From Candidatus Aenigmatarchaeota archaeon (GTDB lineage: Archaea; Aenigmatarchaeota; Aenigmatarchaeia; QMZP01), in the NCBI GenBank assembly GCA_043824495.1, contig JBDRSV010000005.1:1-64000 (forward strand): a DNA stretch of 64,000 nucleotides, read 5' to 3'. The notes under the pieces were generated by a model. It saw only the letters and a program-made list of their open reading frames with translations, had not been told where the DNA came from and did no database searches. Made by a program: the position numbers and the translations under genes. This document shows, one piece after another, positions 37,589 to 47,858 of this stretch. Position 1 is the first letter of the stretch; every line of letters begins with the position of its first letter.

Positions 37589-37759
37589 ATGCCTGTAAAG
37601 ACAGGAGAATTTAAAGGACATAAAACATTGACCTTGATGAGGAATGAGGATGATAAATACCCATTCACTTTCGGTGTTGCAAAAGCAAAGTTAATAATGG
37701 AATACTTCGAAGACATCAAGAAATTTGTTGAAGAAAGCGACGCACAACCAGAGGAATAA
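37589..37759 (+). CDS. Small conserved hypothetical protein (56 aa)
   Basis: SD GAGGTG before ATG at 37589; GEFKGHKTLTL..DDKYPFTFGVAKAKLI. Confidence 0.6.
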   Translation: MPVKTGEFKGHKTLTLMRNEDDKYPFTFGVAKAKLIMEYFEDIKKFVEESDAQPEE

Positions 37760-37778
37760 ACACCTCTGGAGTGATGAT

Positions 37779-38243
37779 ATGAAAAAAGAGTTGGTTTTTG
37801 GTATTGTGGTTATAGCAGTGGTAGCCTATACAGCCTTTTTTTATCAAGACCCTTACACGAGTATCCAGGTCACTGGAGCTCAAACTGAAGATCAAGCAGT
37901 TGAACTTAAACAGCAAGTTCTAAATGTTATAGGAAGTAAACTGTCCTCTGTTACTGATGTGATTATACATGAGAAAGGAGAGGAAATAGAAACCGGAGAC
38001 AAAGTAAAGTTAGTGGAAATAGAGAGAGCAGACGGGAAAGTGGTTACATATCTAGGAAATCCAAAAGCTCAATTATCTCCCATAGTTCCTAAATTCATGA
38101 GTGTTTTCTGTACTTCTCAAGTAGTTGAGAAGCATTGTTATGCAAAACCTCTAGCAAATGGAGACTTTGTTCACTATTACTGTGACGCATCTACTTGTTC
38201 TTGTACCCATCCAACGGTGAATGACCCATGCTCAACAGAGTGA
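37779..38243 (+). CDS. Membrane-anchored or secreted hypothetical protein with a Cys-rich C-terminus
   Basis: SD GGAGTGA; MKKE followed by a hydrophobic segment; six C-terminal Cys. Confidence 0.65.
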   Translation: MKKELVFGIVVIAVVAYTAFFYQDPYTSIQVTGAQTEDQAVELKQQVLNVIGSKLSSVTDVIIHEKGEEIETGDKVKLVEIERADGKVVTYLGNPKAQLSPIVPKFMSVFCTSQVVEKHCYAKPLANGDFVHYYCDASTCSCTHPTVNDPCSTE

Positions 38244-38272
38244 TATATATAGTCTATAATTAGTGTATACTT

Positions 38273-38569
38273 ATGAGAAATATCATCAATTTTTTGCTTG
38301 TAGTTGCACTGACGGTATCAACACTATCTATTACAGCGTTAGCACAAACACCTGAAGCTTATGGCGATGTAGGAATTCTAGCTGGTATGGCAATTTTATG
38401 GACGGCTATTGCAGTCATAAATGTCATCATCTTCATACTGGTTTTGATTGACATCTTGAAAGCCAAAAATGCTGCATCTTGGAAAGTAACATGGTTGATA
38501 GTGGTTTTGATATTAGGCATAATTGGACTACTGTTATACTGGTTCATAGGAAGAAAGAAGAAAGTTTGA
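38273..38569 (+). CDS. PLDc_N-like small membrane protein
   Basis: VLIDILK..KVTWLIVVLILGIIGLLLYWFIGRKK. Confidence 0.75.
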   Translation: MRNIINFLLVVALTVSTLSITALAQTPEAYGDVGILAGMAILWTAIAVINVIIFILVLIDILKAKNAASWKVTWLIVVLILGIIGLLLYWFIGRKKKV

Positions 38570-38665
38570 TCTTCTTCCTGTAATCAAAGTAATTCCTCAA
38601 AAGTAGTGAAAACAATACCTTTATAAAGTTTTATGTTATGTTTTTAGCATAAAATTGGAGTTTAT

Positions 38666-40735
38666 ATGAAAATCGCTTTAATTACCCTCGTTTTGACTAT
38701 GATCTTAGTTTTAGGTTTATCTCAAACAGTTCTAGCACAAGTCAATGTAGGAGATTTACCTGCTAAAGGCAATTCTGATGCTCCTATTACAATAGTAGAG
38801 TTCTCAGATTTTCAATGTTCATTCTGTGCAAGATTTACATCACAAACTCTTCTAGAAATACAAACTAAATATATAGACACCGGTAAAGTCAAATTCTATT
38901 TCAGAGACTTTCCTTTAAGTTTCCATCAGCAAGCAAAGCCAGCTGCTTTAGCAGCAAGATGTGCAGATGATCAAGGTAAGTTCTGGGAATTTCATGACTT
39001 AATTTTCGAAAATCAACAAGACCTAAGTGAAGCAACATACAAACAATGGGCATCTGATCTCGAATTAAATACTGTAGAGTTCAATTCATGTTTCGATTCA
39101 AATAAATACAGCGCTGAAATTGACGCTGATTTTTCAGCAGGTCAAGCAGTGGGTGTAAGCGGTACACCATCATTCTTTATTAACGGGCACAAAGTTGTAG
39201 GAGCTCAACCATTTGCAGCATTTGAAAATGTAATAGAACAACTTTTAGATGGAACTTTAGAACCAGTTGATCCTACTGATATACCAGAACCTACTATTCC
39301 AGAAACGCAACCAGTACCACCATTACCTGAAATTGTTGATGTTGATGTTGGAAGCTTACCAGTAAAAGGTGCTTCAAATGCTCCAGTAACAATTATAGAA
39401 TTCTCTGATTTCGAATGTCCATTCTGTGGAAGATTCACATCACAAACTCTTTCAATGATTGAATCTGAATATGTAGACACAGGAAAGGTAAAATTCTACT
39501 ACAGAGATTTCCCATTGAGTTTTCATCAACAAGCAATGCCGGCAGCTATTGCTGCAAGATGTGCAAATGAGCAAGGAGAGTTCTGGGCATTTCATGATTT
39601 AAATTACGAAAACCAACAGAATCTTGGTGAATCAGTATACAAACAATGGGCATCTAATCTTGGTTTAAACATAGCTCAATTCAATTCATGCTTTGATTCA
39701 GAAAAATATGAAACAGCTGTTCAAGCAGACTTTGCAGCAGGTCAGGCAGCAGGTGTAAGTGGAACGCCATCATTCTTTATTGGAAACAGTCAGGACGGAT
39801 ACCAAAAATTGGTTGGAGCTCAATCATTTGCAGCATTCAAAACAGTTATAGATCAGCAACTTGGTGTAGAACCAGATCCTTATCCTGATACACCGGGAAC
39901 AGAAGATATGCAACCAGAACCAGTTAAAGGAAATCCAAACGCTCCAGTAACAATCGTAGAATTCTCTGATTTCGAATGTCCATTCTGTGCAAGATTCTTT
40001 ACAAGTACTCATGGACAAATTGTTTCAGAATATGTAGATGCTGGTCATGCAAAAATAACATTTAGTAATTTCCCTCTAAGTTTCCATCAGAATGCACAGT
40101 CAGCTGCAGAGGCTTCTGAGTGTGCTCATGAACAAGGTAAATTCTGGGAATTCCATGATCTTGTATTTGAAAATCAAAATTCTCTAGATGTAACACAATA
40201 TAAACAGTGGGCATCACAACTAGGGTTGAATACAGCAAGATTTAATTCTTGTGTAGATACACACAAATATGCACCTGAAGTGAGACATGATTTTGCTCAA
40301 GGACAAGCAAAAGGAGTTCGTGGAACACCATCATTCTTCATCAATGGTGAGAACCTTGTAGGTGCTCAACCATTCTCAGCATTCAAAGCTGTGATAGATA
40401 AATACTTGGATACAGATGAACCAGAAACACAGCCAGATGATATAGACACAGAGATCTTAGACATTGTATTCAAGCTTGAGAGCTTGGGAATCAAAGTAGA
40501 TAAGTTAGCAACACTATCAGGATCACTAGCTTCATATTACTCAAACACAGGTGATTTCGCAAGAGCAACTCACTGGCAAGAAGTCGCAAACATGTTCGAT
40601 AATGTAATGGATTTCATGGATGAGATAAAGAGCGAATTAAACAGAACAAGAGATCTATTTGATGCAAGAAACAGCATCTCTGAATTAACAAGCTTCATAG
40701 GAAGTATAATTAACAAGATATTAGGATTTGTATGA
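38666..40735 (+). CDS. Secreted protein with three tandem DsbA/thioredoxin-like domains
   Basis: Signal peptide; three EFSDF(Q/E)C(S/P)FC sites, each followed by GTPSFF cis-Pro motifs; helical C-terminal domain. Confidence 0.92.
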   Translation: MKIALITLVLTMILVLGLSQTVLAQVNVGDLPAKGNSDAPITIVEFSDFQCSFCARFTSQTLLEIQTKYIDTGKVKFYFRDFPLSFHQQAKPAALAARCADDQGKFWEFHDLIFENQQDLSEATYKQWASDLELNTVEFNSCFDSNKYSAEIDADFSAGQAVGVSGTPSFFINGHKVVGAQPFAAFENVIEQLLDGTLEPVDPTDIPEPTIPETQPVPPLPEIVDVDVGSLPVKGASNAPVTIIEFSDFECPFCGRFTSQTLSMIESEYVDTGKVKFYYRDFPLSFHQQAMPAAIAARCANEQGEFWAFHDLNYENQQNLGESVYKQWASNLGLNIAQFNSCFDSEKYETAVQADFAAGQAAGVSGTPSFFIGNSQDGYQKLVGAQSFAAFKTVIDQQLGVEPDPYPDTPGTEDMQPEPVKGNPNAPVTIVEFSDFECPFCARFFTSTHGQIVSEYVDAGHAKITFSNFPLSFHQNAQSAAEASECAHEQGKFWEFHDLVFENQNSLDVTQYKQWASQLGLNTARFNSCVDTHKYAPEVRHDFAQGQAKGVRGTPSFFINGENLVGAQPFSAFKAVIDKYLDTDEPETQPDDIDTEILDIVFKLESLGIKVDKLATLSGSLASYYSNTGDFARATHWQEVANMFDNVMDFMDEIKSELNRTRDLFDARNSISELTSFIGSIINKILGFV

Positions 40736-40965
40736 AGGGAATTCAAATAGCTTTGATAATTTTGGTAATATTGGTCTTAGTTAGCTTTGGTTACATTGCT
40801 AGCACAACATACACAGGTATGATAGTTGGAGACAATACGGACAATGATAACACAGTTACAATTTCTGATAATCCAGAACAAAACGAGATCAAAGATGTGC
40901 AGAAGCAATTGAGCGAAATACAAAAAGATCTCAAGGATCTACAAGACCAATTAGCTGACATTTAA
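40732..40965 (+). CDS. Small membrane-anchored coiled-coil protein
   Basis: N-terminal TM and heptad C-terminus; ATGA overlap with the dsbA-like gene. Confidence 0.65.
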   Translation: MKGIQIALIILVILVLVSFGYIASTTYTGMIVGDNTDNDNTVTISDNPEQNEIKDVQKQLSEIQKDLKDLQDQLADI

Positions 40966-42395
40966 AGTTTCTTCTTAAGAGCACTAGCTATTTGATCGCC
41001 TGACGCTTTACCCTTAAACTTACCCATGAGTATACCCATGTAAGCACCAAATGATAAGCCTGGTTTTTCTTTCATGAGCTTATCAATTTCTGTATCTAGA
41101 TCTATATCTCCACTCATCTGATATTTCCTGAAGTCTAGCTTCTTGCCATTAGCTACACCAGCTAGTATTTCCATCACAGCGTCCTTAGAAATCTTACCTG
41201 CGTCTAGCTCTTTGAACACAGATGTGAGGTGTTCACCTGAGATTTTATCAACATTAGCGCTTTTGTTCTTTTTGTGTATTTCAGATTTGTATGAAACAAT
41301 TGTTTCAGCAATGAAAGCAGGCTTTATTTTTTTGAAATTAGAAAGATCTGAGAATACTTCATAATACTCTTTATTGTTTCCAATTTTAGTTGCAAGATCA
41401 TGTCCTAATCCAGCAGCTTCTAATTTTTCAATCTTATCTTCTATTAGTTCAGTCTTAATCTTCTTCAAATCATCAAGTAAATACTTTGTAATTCTTATTG
41501 GGGGTATATCGGTTTCAGGATACAACCTAGCAGCTCCTGGAAGTGGTCTCATGAATTGTGTAGTTCCGTTAGCCATTGGTTTTCTTACATCACCTGAAAC
41601 TTTCTGTTTCTTCTTGATTAACTCCTGTTGTCTTAGAATTTCATTTTCAACATATTTCGGAATCATATTCAATTCCTGAACACCTTTGATTTCAACTCTG
41701 TGTCCACCAGCAATTGAAACATTTACATCCTGTCTAATTGTTCCTAAACCAGATTTTACTTTACCAGTTGATTTTAGAATCATTCCCAGTTTCTGAGAAA
41801 CTTCTTTGGCTTGTTCTGGTGTGTGTATATCAGGATCTGTTCCTATTTCAACCAAAGGGATACCCAATCTATCTAAACCGTATCTAGACTCTTTATCATC
41901 CTTACCTAGTATCTGGCAAGATTCTTCCTCAACAGCTACACTTGTTATTCCGACCTTACCAAAGCTGGTTTCAATCCAACCATCCATCCCAACTATAGCT
42001 GTCCTCTGGAATCCAGATGTGTTAGAGCCGTCTATCACAGTCTTTCTCATCACATGTATCTCGTCTGGTATGTCACAATTAAGCATCAAAGCTATTCTTA
42101 AGCTAAGTTCTAAAGCTTCTTTATTCAGTTCGTGTGGAGGTTCATCATCGGCTTCAACCAAACAGCTTTCAGCAGGATAAACACTGTAAACAAAGTCCTT
42201 GTTCTTGAAGAACTCGTGTAAAGCAGCTGTGTCTAGCTCTCCTAATTCCCCTGATACAGCTCTAAGCTTCCTTTTGAAAGTCATGTAAGCTTTGTCAGCT
42301 AATCTAGAATCACAACTACAGAAAAGTTTGTGCTGCATATCTAATTGTCTATGAATCTCAATTCCACTTTTCAAGCCGATTTTTTTGTAGTCCAT
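40962..42395 (-). CDS. gatE: Glu-tRNA(Gln) amidotransferase subunit E (compact, lacks the AspRS-like insert)
   Basis: GLKSGIEIHRQL..KLFC, MRKTVIDGSNTSGFQRT, LDRLGIPLVEIGT and RPLPGAARLYPETD. Confidence 0.95.
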   Translation of the reverse strand: MDYKKIGLKSGIEIHRQLDMQHKLFCSCDSRLADKAYMTFKRKLRAVSGELGELDTAALHEFFKNKDFVYSVYPAESCLVEADDEPPHELNKEALELSLRIALMLNCDIPDEIHVMRKTVIDGSNTSGFQRTAIVGMDGWIETSFGKVGITSVAVEEESCQILGKDDKESRYGLDRLGIPLVEIGTDPDIHTPEQAKEVSQKLGMILKSTGKVKSGLGTIRQDVNVSIAGGHRVEIKGVQELNMIPKYVENEILRQQELIKKKQKVSGDVRKPMANGTTQFMRPLPGAARLYPETDIPPIRITKYLLDDLKKIKTELIEDKIEKLEAAGLGHDLATKIGNNKEYYEVFSDLSNFKKIKPAFIAETIVSYKSEIHKKNKSANVDKISGEHLTSVFKELDAGKISKDAVMEILAGVANGKKLDFRKYQMSGDIDLDTEIDKLMKEKPGLSFGAYMGILMGKFKGKASGDQIASALKKKL

Positions 42396-42403
42396 TATTT
42401 CAC

Positions 42404-43765
42404 CTAATATAAGAATGTTTCAGGTAAGCTTCTTTTAGTTATCTCGCCTGCATAATTTGTTAGCATCATTTCTCTTACTTTTCCAGGAACTTTTGTGTGA
42501 CCTAGAACCCAACCCAACTTTACATAAGCAGTCTCAGTGAGCATATCATCTGCTGGTATTGCTCCAGTTTCGTGGAATAAAATTCTCAAGTTCGTATAAA
42601 CATTTGCATTTACACGACCGTAGATGGATTGAGATGTGACAACTACAGCAATTCCTTTTTTAGTCAGTTTCTTGACTGTTTCAATCCAAGGCTTTCTTGC
42701 AAATGTTGGAACATGACCAAAAGCAGTTCCTTCGATTACTATTCCTTTGTAACCTTTGTCTGCATAGAAATCTAATACTTTGGGATCAGCGCCTGGATAA
42801 GCTTTGACTATCGCGACTTTAGGCTCAAACTTGGAATCAACTTCAACTTTCCCTTTTCTTCTAGGAATACTGTCACCAATCTTTAGAATCTTTCCATCTG
42901 ACCAAACCTTTGCAATGGGTAAATCATTGATTGGTCTAAAGGCATCTCTTCTAGATGTGTGCATTTTCTTGACCTTAGTTCCTCTCATAAACATACAATA
43001 ATCATCTGACATGTGTCCATGCATGCAAATTCCCACACCAGATAATTCACTCTTAGCTATATGAGCAGAGCATATCAAGTTCATTCCAGCATCTGAACTG
43101 CCACGATCACTTGATCTCTGTGAACCCATCAAAACAACTGGTTTAGTCAAGCCTCGTAAGAAGAATGAAAGAGCAGCTGAAGTATATTGTAAAGTATCAG
43201 TTCCATGTATGACAATCACACCTTCTGCACTAGAATTAAGTTCTTTTGCAACAACTGTAGCTATTTCTTGCCAATCTAGATAGTCCATGTCCTCACTCAT
43301 TTTTGTAAAAGGACAAACAACTCTCTTCAGATTGGCTATTTTAGATAATTCAGGAACATTATGTAAGAACTCCTTGGGATCCATCATTCCTGTAACTCCA
43401 CCAGTTTTATAATCCACTCTAGAAGCTACAGTTCCTCCTGTAGCAATCAAAGAAACAGCTGGTTTACTAGCATCATACTTAATCCTTACTAAATCCTTAT
43501 TGATCTTGCCTAGCTCGAAAGCTCTCTCTTCTTTGATGTTTTTAGGAGTCTTATGTTTACTATGAGAAATATCAAAATTACCTTTACATTCTATACCAAA
43601 ATTATAACCTGTATTTAGCTTCAGAACAACGCATGTAGGATCTCCAACTTCTGTCTTAGGCATAAGAAGTCCTTCATATTCTTTGCCACCAGTTTTAACA
43701 AGAATTCTATCACTTGGTTTGATTCTCTTTTTCTTAAGAAGCAGTTCAATCTTCTTCGAATACAT
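42404..43765 (-). CDS. gatD: Glu-tRNA(Gln) amidotransferase subunit D
   Basis: KLNTGYNFGI N-domain, TGGTVASRVDYKTG, HGTDT and GSQRSSDRGSSD. Confidence 0.96.
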   Translation of the reverse strand: MYSKKIELLLKKKRIKPSDRILVKTGGKEYEGLLMPKTEVGDPTCVVLKLNTGYNFGIECKGNFDISHSKHKTPKNIKEERAFELGKINKDLVRIKYDASKPAVSLIATGGTVASRVDYKTGGVTGMMDPKEFLHNVPELSKIANLKRVVCPFTKMSEDMDYLDWQEIATVVAKELNSSAEGVIVIHGTDTLQYTSAALSFFLRGLTKPVVLMGSQRSSDRGSSDAGMNLICSAHIAKSELSGVGICMHGHMSDDYCMFMRGTKVKKMHTSRRDAFRPINDLPIAKVWSDGKILKIGDSIPRRKGKVEVDSKFEPKVAIVKAYPGADPKVLDFYADKGYKGIVIEGTAFGHVPTFARKPWIETVKKLTKKGIAVVVTSQSIYGRVNANVYTNLRILFHETGAIPADDMLTETAYVKLGWVLGHTKVPGKVREMMLTNYAGEITKRSLPETFLY

Positions 43766-43790
43766 GAATATAATTTATTTTAGAGTCTTA

Positions 43791-44492
43791 TTAATCTGTA
43801 AACTCTTTTTTAGCTAAATGCCAGTATAACCCAGCTACATGTACCATATAATCAACCATCTCATCTATTCCTAGTTTACTATCCCCTTCTGCTCTATCCT
43901 TGAAAACATAGGAGATTTCTTTAGCTTTCTCATATTTCCCTTTAACTAGAATTTCTAAACCAATTTTATATCCTCTAGGATTAAGTTTGACACCTTTAAT
44001 TACACTCTTCCTCAGAAAGAAAAACCCAGACATTGGATCCTTTATGTTTGTTACAGGAGCTGCAAGTAAAGTAGCGCCCTTAGAGACTATTTTCCTTTTC
44101 AGAGGCCAGTTCTTGATTCCACCACCAGGAACATATCTACTCCCTATAACAATATCATTTGTCTTTAATGCTTTGATCATATAAGGTATCTTGTTTACAG
44201 GATGAGAGAAATCAGCATCCATTACACCTAAAATATCACCCTTAGCTTCTTTGAATCCTCTCAAAACAGCAGAACTTAATCCTAGTTTACCTCTCCTCTT
44301 TACAACATGAACCTGAAATCTCTTTTCCATTTTCTTAACAACTTCAGCTGTTCCATCAGGTGAATTATCATCAACTATTATCACTTCGCCTCGAATATTA
44401 TTTTTAGAGAAAGTACTGAATATTTCAGGGAGTAGCCTTTTCACATTATCCTTTTCATTGTATGTGGGTATAATCACAGATACTTCGATCAT
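43791..44492 (-). CDS. Polyprenol-phosphate mannose synthase-like GT2 glycosyltransferase
   Basis: IIPTYNE, VDDNSPDGT, MDADFSHP and DPMSGFF. Confidence 0.92.
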   Translation of the reverse strand: MIEVSVIIPTYNEKDNVKRLLPEIFSTFSKNNIRGEVIIVDDNSPDGTAEVVKKMEKRFQVHVVKRRGKLGLSSAVLRGFKEAKGDILGVMDADFSHPVNKIPYMIKALKTNDIVIGSRYVPGGGIKNWPLKRKIVSKGATLLAAPVTNIKDPMSGFFFLRKSVIKGVKLNPRGYKIGLEILVKGKYEKAKEISYVFKDRAEGDSKLGIDEMVDYMVHVAGLYWHLAKKEFTD

Positions 44493-44528
44493 ATATAAAA
44501 TTTAGAAATAATCTATATATAGAGAGTT

Positions 44529-46646
44529 ATGGACGAAGAGAAACCAGTGGAAAAAGAGCAAGAAAAGGAACAAGAAAAGGAAGAGAGAACAAAAAATGAG
44601 ATTACTTCTCTAGATCTCAGATTCATAATGAAAGAGCTAAAAGAATTACTCGTCGGTGGGCTCTTCAGGAAAATATACCAATACGGAGATGCCAAATCAA
44701 AAAGACTCTTCTTTGAAGTCTACATGCCAGAAAAAGGAAATAAATGGCTATTCATAGATTCTAACAAACTATTCATAACAGATACAAGAAAACCATCTCC
44801 ACAAGAACCTCCTAGTTTTTGTATGTTTTTGAGAAAACATTTGATGAACAAGAAAATAATAGATGTCAAGCAACACGATTTTGATAGAATAATAGAAATA
44901 TACACAGAAGATAATATCTTAATATTAGAGTTATTCTCAAAGGGAAATGTAATTCTAACAGATACAAAAAAGAAAATAATAATGCCATTGGAGATGCAGA
45001 AATGGAAGGACAGAGAAATAAGACCCAAAGTTCCTTATGAATACCCACCAAGAAAAATAAATCCATTTGGTATAAGCTTTGATGTAATAATGACCCTCCT
45101 AAAGAAAGGAGAGAAAAAGCTTATTTCCATGCTTGCATCTGATCTCGGTTTCGGAGCTATCTATGCATCTGAAATATGCATAAGAGCTGAACTAAATGAA
45201 GATACACCAACAGGGGAAATCTCCATACACAAAGTGGTCAACCTGCATAGAGTGATAGAAGATCTGGATAAAATAGAAATAGAACCTTGTATATACAAAA
45301 ACACAGTATCACCATTTCCCTTAAGAACATATAATTTTGAATTACCTGAGAAAACTGATACATTCTCAGAAGCTTTAGATCGCTTTTTCACATCTCAAAT
45401 GACTGAAGAAGAAAGGAAAGAAGAACAAGCAATTACAAATGAAGTGAAAGATGAACAAGAAAGAATATTAGAACAACAACAAGATGCTAAAGATAAGTGG
45501 AGTGAAACAGACAAGGAATCAAAAGAGATTGCAAATGCTATTTACAACAATTACAGTACAGTAGAATCTATTCTAACAGGACTGAAAAAAGCAAGAGATT
45601 CTGGGATAGATTGGAAAGATCTAAAAGAAAAAATAAAATCAGAACAAACACCAGAAGCAGAAGCCATAAAAGAGATTAGAGAAGGTGATGCAGCTGTAGT
45701 AGTAAGCTTAGATGGGAAGGATATAGAGCTAGATATAAGAAAAACAGTTGAAGAGAACGCTGCTAGTTATTATGAAGAGTCTAAACATGCAAGAGGAAAA
45801 GCAACTAGAACAGAAAGTGCTATAGGTAAAACAGAATCGGCCATAGAACAACTAGAAAGAGAAGACAAGGAAAGAGCAGAGCAACTAGCAAGACAAGCAG
45901 AACATCCAACTAGTCCAGCGGTTCAACAAGAACAAGAAGCACAAGACCAAGATCAAATAGATCAGACACAAGAAGATGAAGAACAATCACCAGAAAAGAA
46001 GACCAGAAAGAAATGGTATGAGAAGTTCAGATGGTTCTTCTCATCTGATGGATTCCTAGTAATAGCAGGAAGAAGTGCAGATCAAAATGAAATGATTCTT
46101 AAGAAACACACAGATTCAACAGATATAGTGTTCCATGCAGATATCCCAGGAGCAGCTTTCGTGGTAATTAAGGGTCAGGGTATGGAACCTCCTCATGAAA
46201 CAATTAAAGAAGCTGCAGAGTTCTCAGCAGCTAACTCAAAGGCATGGTCCAAGGGCCTAGGAACTGTTGACGTATTCTGCGTTCCAAGAGCGCAGGTAAG
46301 CAAGAGTCCACCTTCAGGTCAGCACCTTCCTAAGGGATCTTTCATGGTCACAGGAGAGAGAATATGGTTTAGAGACATGGAGCTCAAGGTCTCTGTGGGA
46401 GTAAAAATAGAAGATGGTGTTCCTAAAGCTATTGCAGGTCCTGTGATGGCCATGAGAAAGAATAGTAAATACTTTGTAACAATCAGACCAGGCTTCAAGA
46501 AGAGCTTAGATCTATCCAAAGCAATCAAAAACAAACTCCTCATAAAAGCAAATCCAGAGGACAAGAACATAATCAATCAAGTAAATCCAGATGAATTCCA
46601 AGTCCTAGTCCCATCAGGAACAGGTGAGATTGTAGAAGTTGTTTAA
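44529..46646 (+). CDS. rqc2: Ribosome quality-control protein Rqc2/NEMF (NFACT family)
   Basis: SFCMFLRKHL..QHDFDRII, ELFSKGNVIL, coiled coils, KWYEKFRWFFSSDGFLVIAGR and FHADIPGA. Confidence 0.93.
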   Translation: MDEEKPVEKEQEKEQEKEERTKNEITSLDLRFIMKELKELLVGGLFRKIYQYGDAKSKRLFFEVYMPEKGNKWLFIDSNKLFITDTRKPSPQEPPSFCMFLRKHLMNKKIIDVKQHDFDRIIEIYTEDNILILELFSKGNVILTDTKKKIIMPLEMQKWKDREIRPKVPYEYPPRKINPFGISFDVIMTLLKKGEKKLISMLASDLGFGAIYASEICIRAELNEDTPTGEISIHKVVNLHRVIEDLDKIEIEPCIYKNTVSPFPLRTYNFELPEKTDTFSEALDRFFTSQMTEEERKEEQAITNEVKDEQERILEQQQDAKDKWSETDKESKEIANAIYNNYSTVESILTGLKKARDSGIDWKDLKEKIKSEQTPEAEAIKEIREGDAAVVVSLDGKDIELDIRKTVEENAASYYEESKHARGKATRTESAIGKTESAIEQLEREDKERAEQLARQAEHPTSPAVQQEQEAQDQDQIDQTQEDEEQSPEKKTRKKWYEKFRWFFSSDGFLVIAGRSADQNEMILKKHTDSTDIVFHADIPGAAFVVIKGQGMEPPHETIKEAAEFSAANSKAWSKGLGTVDVFCVPRAQVSKSPPSGQHLPKGSFMVTGERIWFRDMELKVSVGVKIEDGVPKAIAGPVMAMRKNSKYFVTIRPGFKKSLDLSKAIKNKLLIKANPEDKNIINQVNPDEFQVLVPSGTGEIVEVV

Positions 46647-46850
46647 GCCTTATTATAAGAAATCTAAATCGCTACCAGGACTTTTGTATCTTTTCTGATA
46701 TCCCTGAATTTTTTGGTGATAGTCCCCAATATAAAAAACATCATATCCGCCTTTACCAAGAGGGTGACGGTCATCCAATCCTGTTTTATATCGCTTTAAA
46801 TCTCCCATAATAAGACTTTCCATTCAAGAGTTTAAATAAGAAAAATCAGG

Positions 46851-46946
46851 CTAATCAATGTCGATTATACAATCTAGGCATATAAAATAAGCTATCATAA
46901 GCTGGCCATCTTCATGTTGTTCATTACACTCTGTACAGATCTTCAT
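46851..46946 (-). CDS. Putative 31-aa zinc-knuckle micro-protein (not in ORF track)
   Basis: MKICTECNEQHEDGQLMIAYFICLDCIIDID, with two CxxC pairs. Confidence 0.45.
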   Translation of the reverse strand: MKICTECNEQHEDGQLMIAYFICLDCIIDID

Positions 46947-47038
46947 GTTATTCACTTAACAAAACCTATGATACTCATGTTTTTAAGTGTTTCCCTCTAT
47001 TAGAGTCTATTTAAATTAAAATCATCTTATTATATTAC

Positions 47039-47203
47039 ATGGAACAATCAACAGTATGCAGTCAGTGTGGAGAGCTCGCAAGACCTCCAAAGAGCTGCAA
47101 TATGTGTGGTGCCATTGTGTGTGGCAAGTGTATAGATCATAATATCGGCCTTTGTAAATTTTGTAGAGCAAAGGCAAAACACCCAAGACCACCTAAGTTT
47201 TAG
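47039..47203 (+). CDS. 54-aa protein with four CxxC pairs (not in ORF track)
   Basis: MEQSTVCSQC..CNMC..CGKC..CKFC; TTTAAA box about 30 bp upstream. Confidence 0.7.
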   Translation: MEQSTVCSQCGELARPPKSCNMCGAIVCGKCIDHNIGLCKFCRAKAKHPRPPKF

Positions 47204-47441
47204 TAAATTCTACAAACATAGTGCATGACTACGAAAACCTAGATTGAAATGCCTATTTAAATTTTACCTTTAAGTTCTATTCATCATGCTCCACAATTCA
47301 CGCCATTTAAGTCTTTTGACTGATTATTACCAAAATATCTGGTAATAGTTTGGCTTTTGTATTTTAGGTAAAACAACGGAAGACTACTAAAGTCTTCACA
47401 TCATAGAGAAACGCTTAGTTTTGAGAATATGGGGGTGTGAA

Positions 47442-47786
47442 ATGCGTACAGAAACATTATGGACAGGCATGATCTCCGAAGAATATGGTTTCAGATGTGG
47501 TCCAGTTCCAGAGATCTATGAATTCAAAGTGACAAGAGAAGGAGGAATCTGCTTCGTCCAACAGAACAAGGGACCAACTGGACTCGTGACACTAAACGTA
47601 GAACCTATTACAGGGAAAGTCAAACTCAAGACAGGGGATGTTATTGAGACTCCGGACAAATGGGTAAGGTACGTCTTACAGGAACATCAATCGGCAGTGG
47701 GAATCGAGATCCCTGTCCGTCAGGACCTCGAAGAAATAGACCCTGAAGACGATCTTCGTACCTTACCAACACCAGGCTGGTTCTGA
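47442..47786 (+). CDS. Hypothetical protein (start revised to 47442)
   Basis: GGGGGTG SD-like motif before ATG at 47442, similar to the start context of the sigma gene. Confidence 0.6.
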   Translation: MRTETLWTGMISEEYGFRCGPVPEIYEFKVTREGGICFVQQNKGPTGLVTLNVEPITGKVKLKTGDVIETPDKWVRYVLQEHQSAVGIEIPVRQDLEEIDPEDDLRTLPTPGWF

Positions 47787-47858
47787 GTTTGGTGTAAACT
47801 GGGAGAGCAGAGGGAAAGCAAATTATAGATGAATTTGAACCAGTAAAGGAGTACAACC

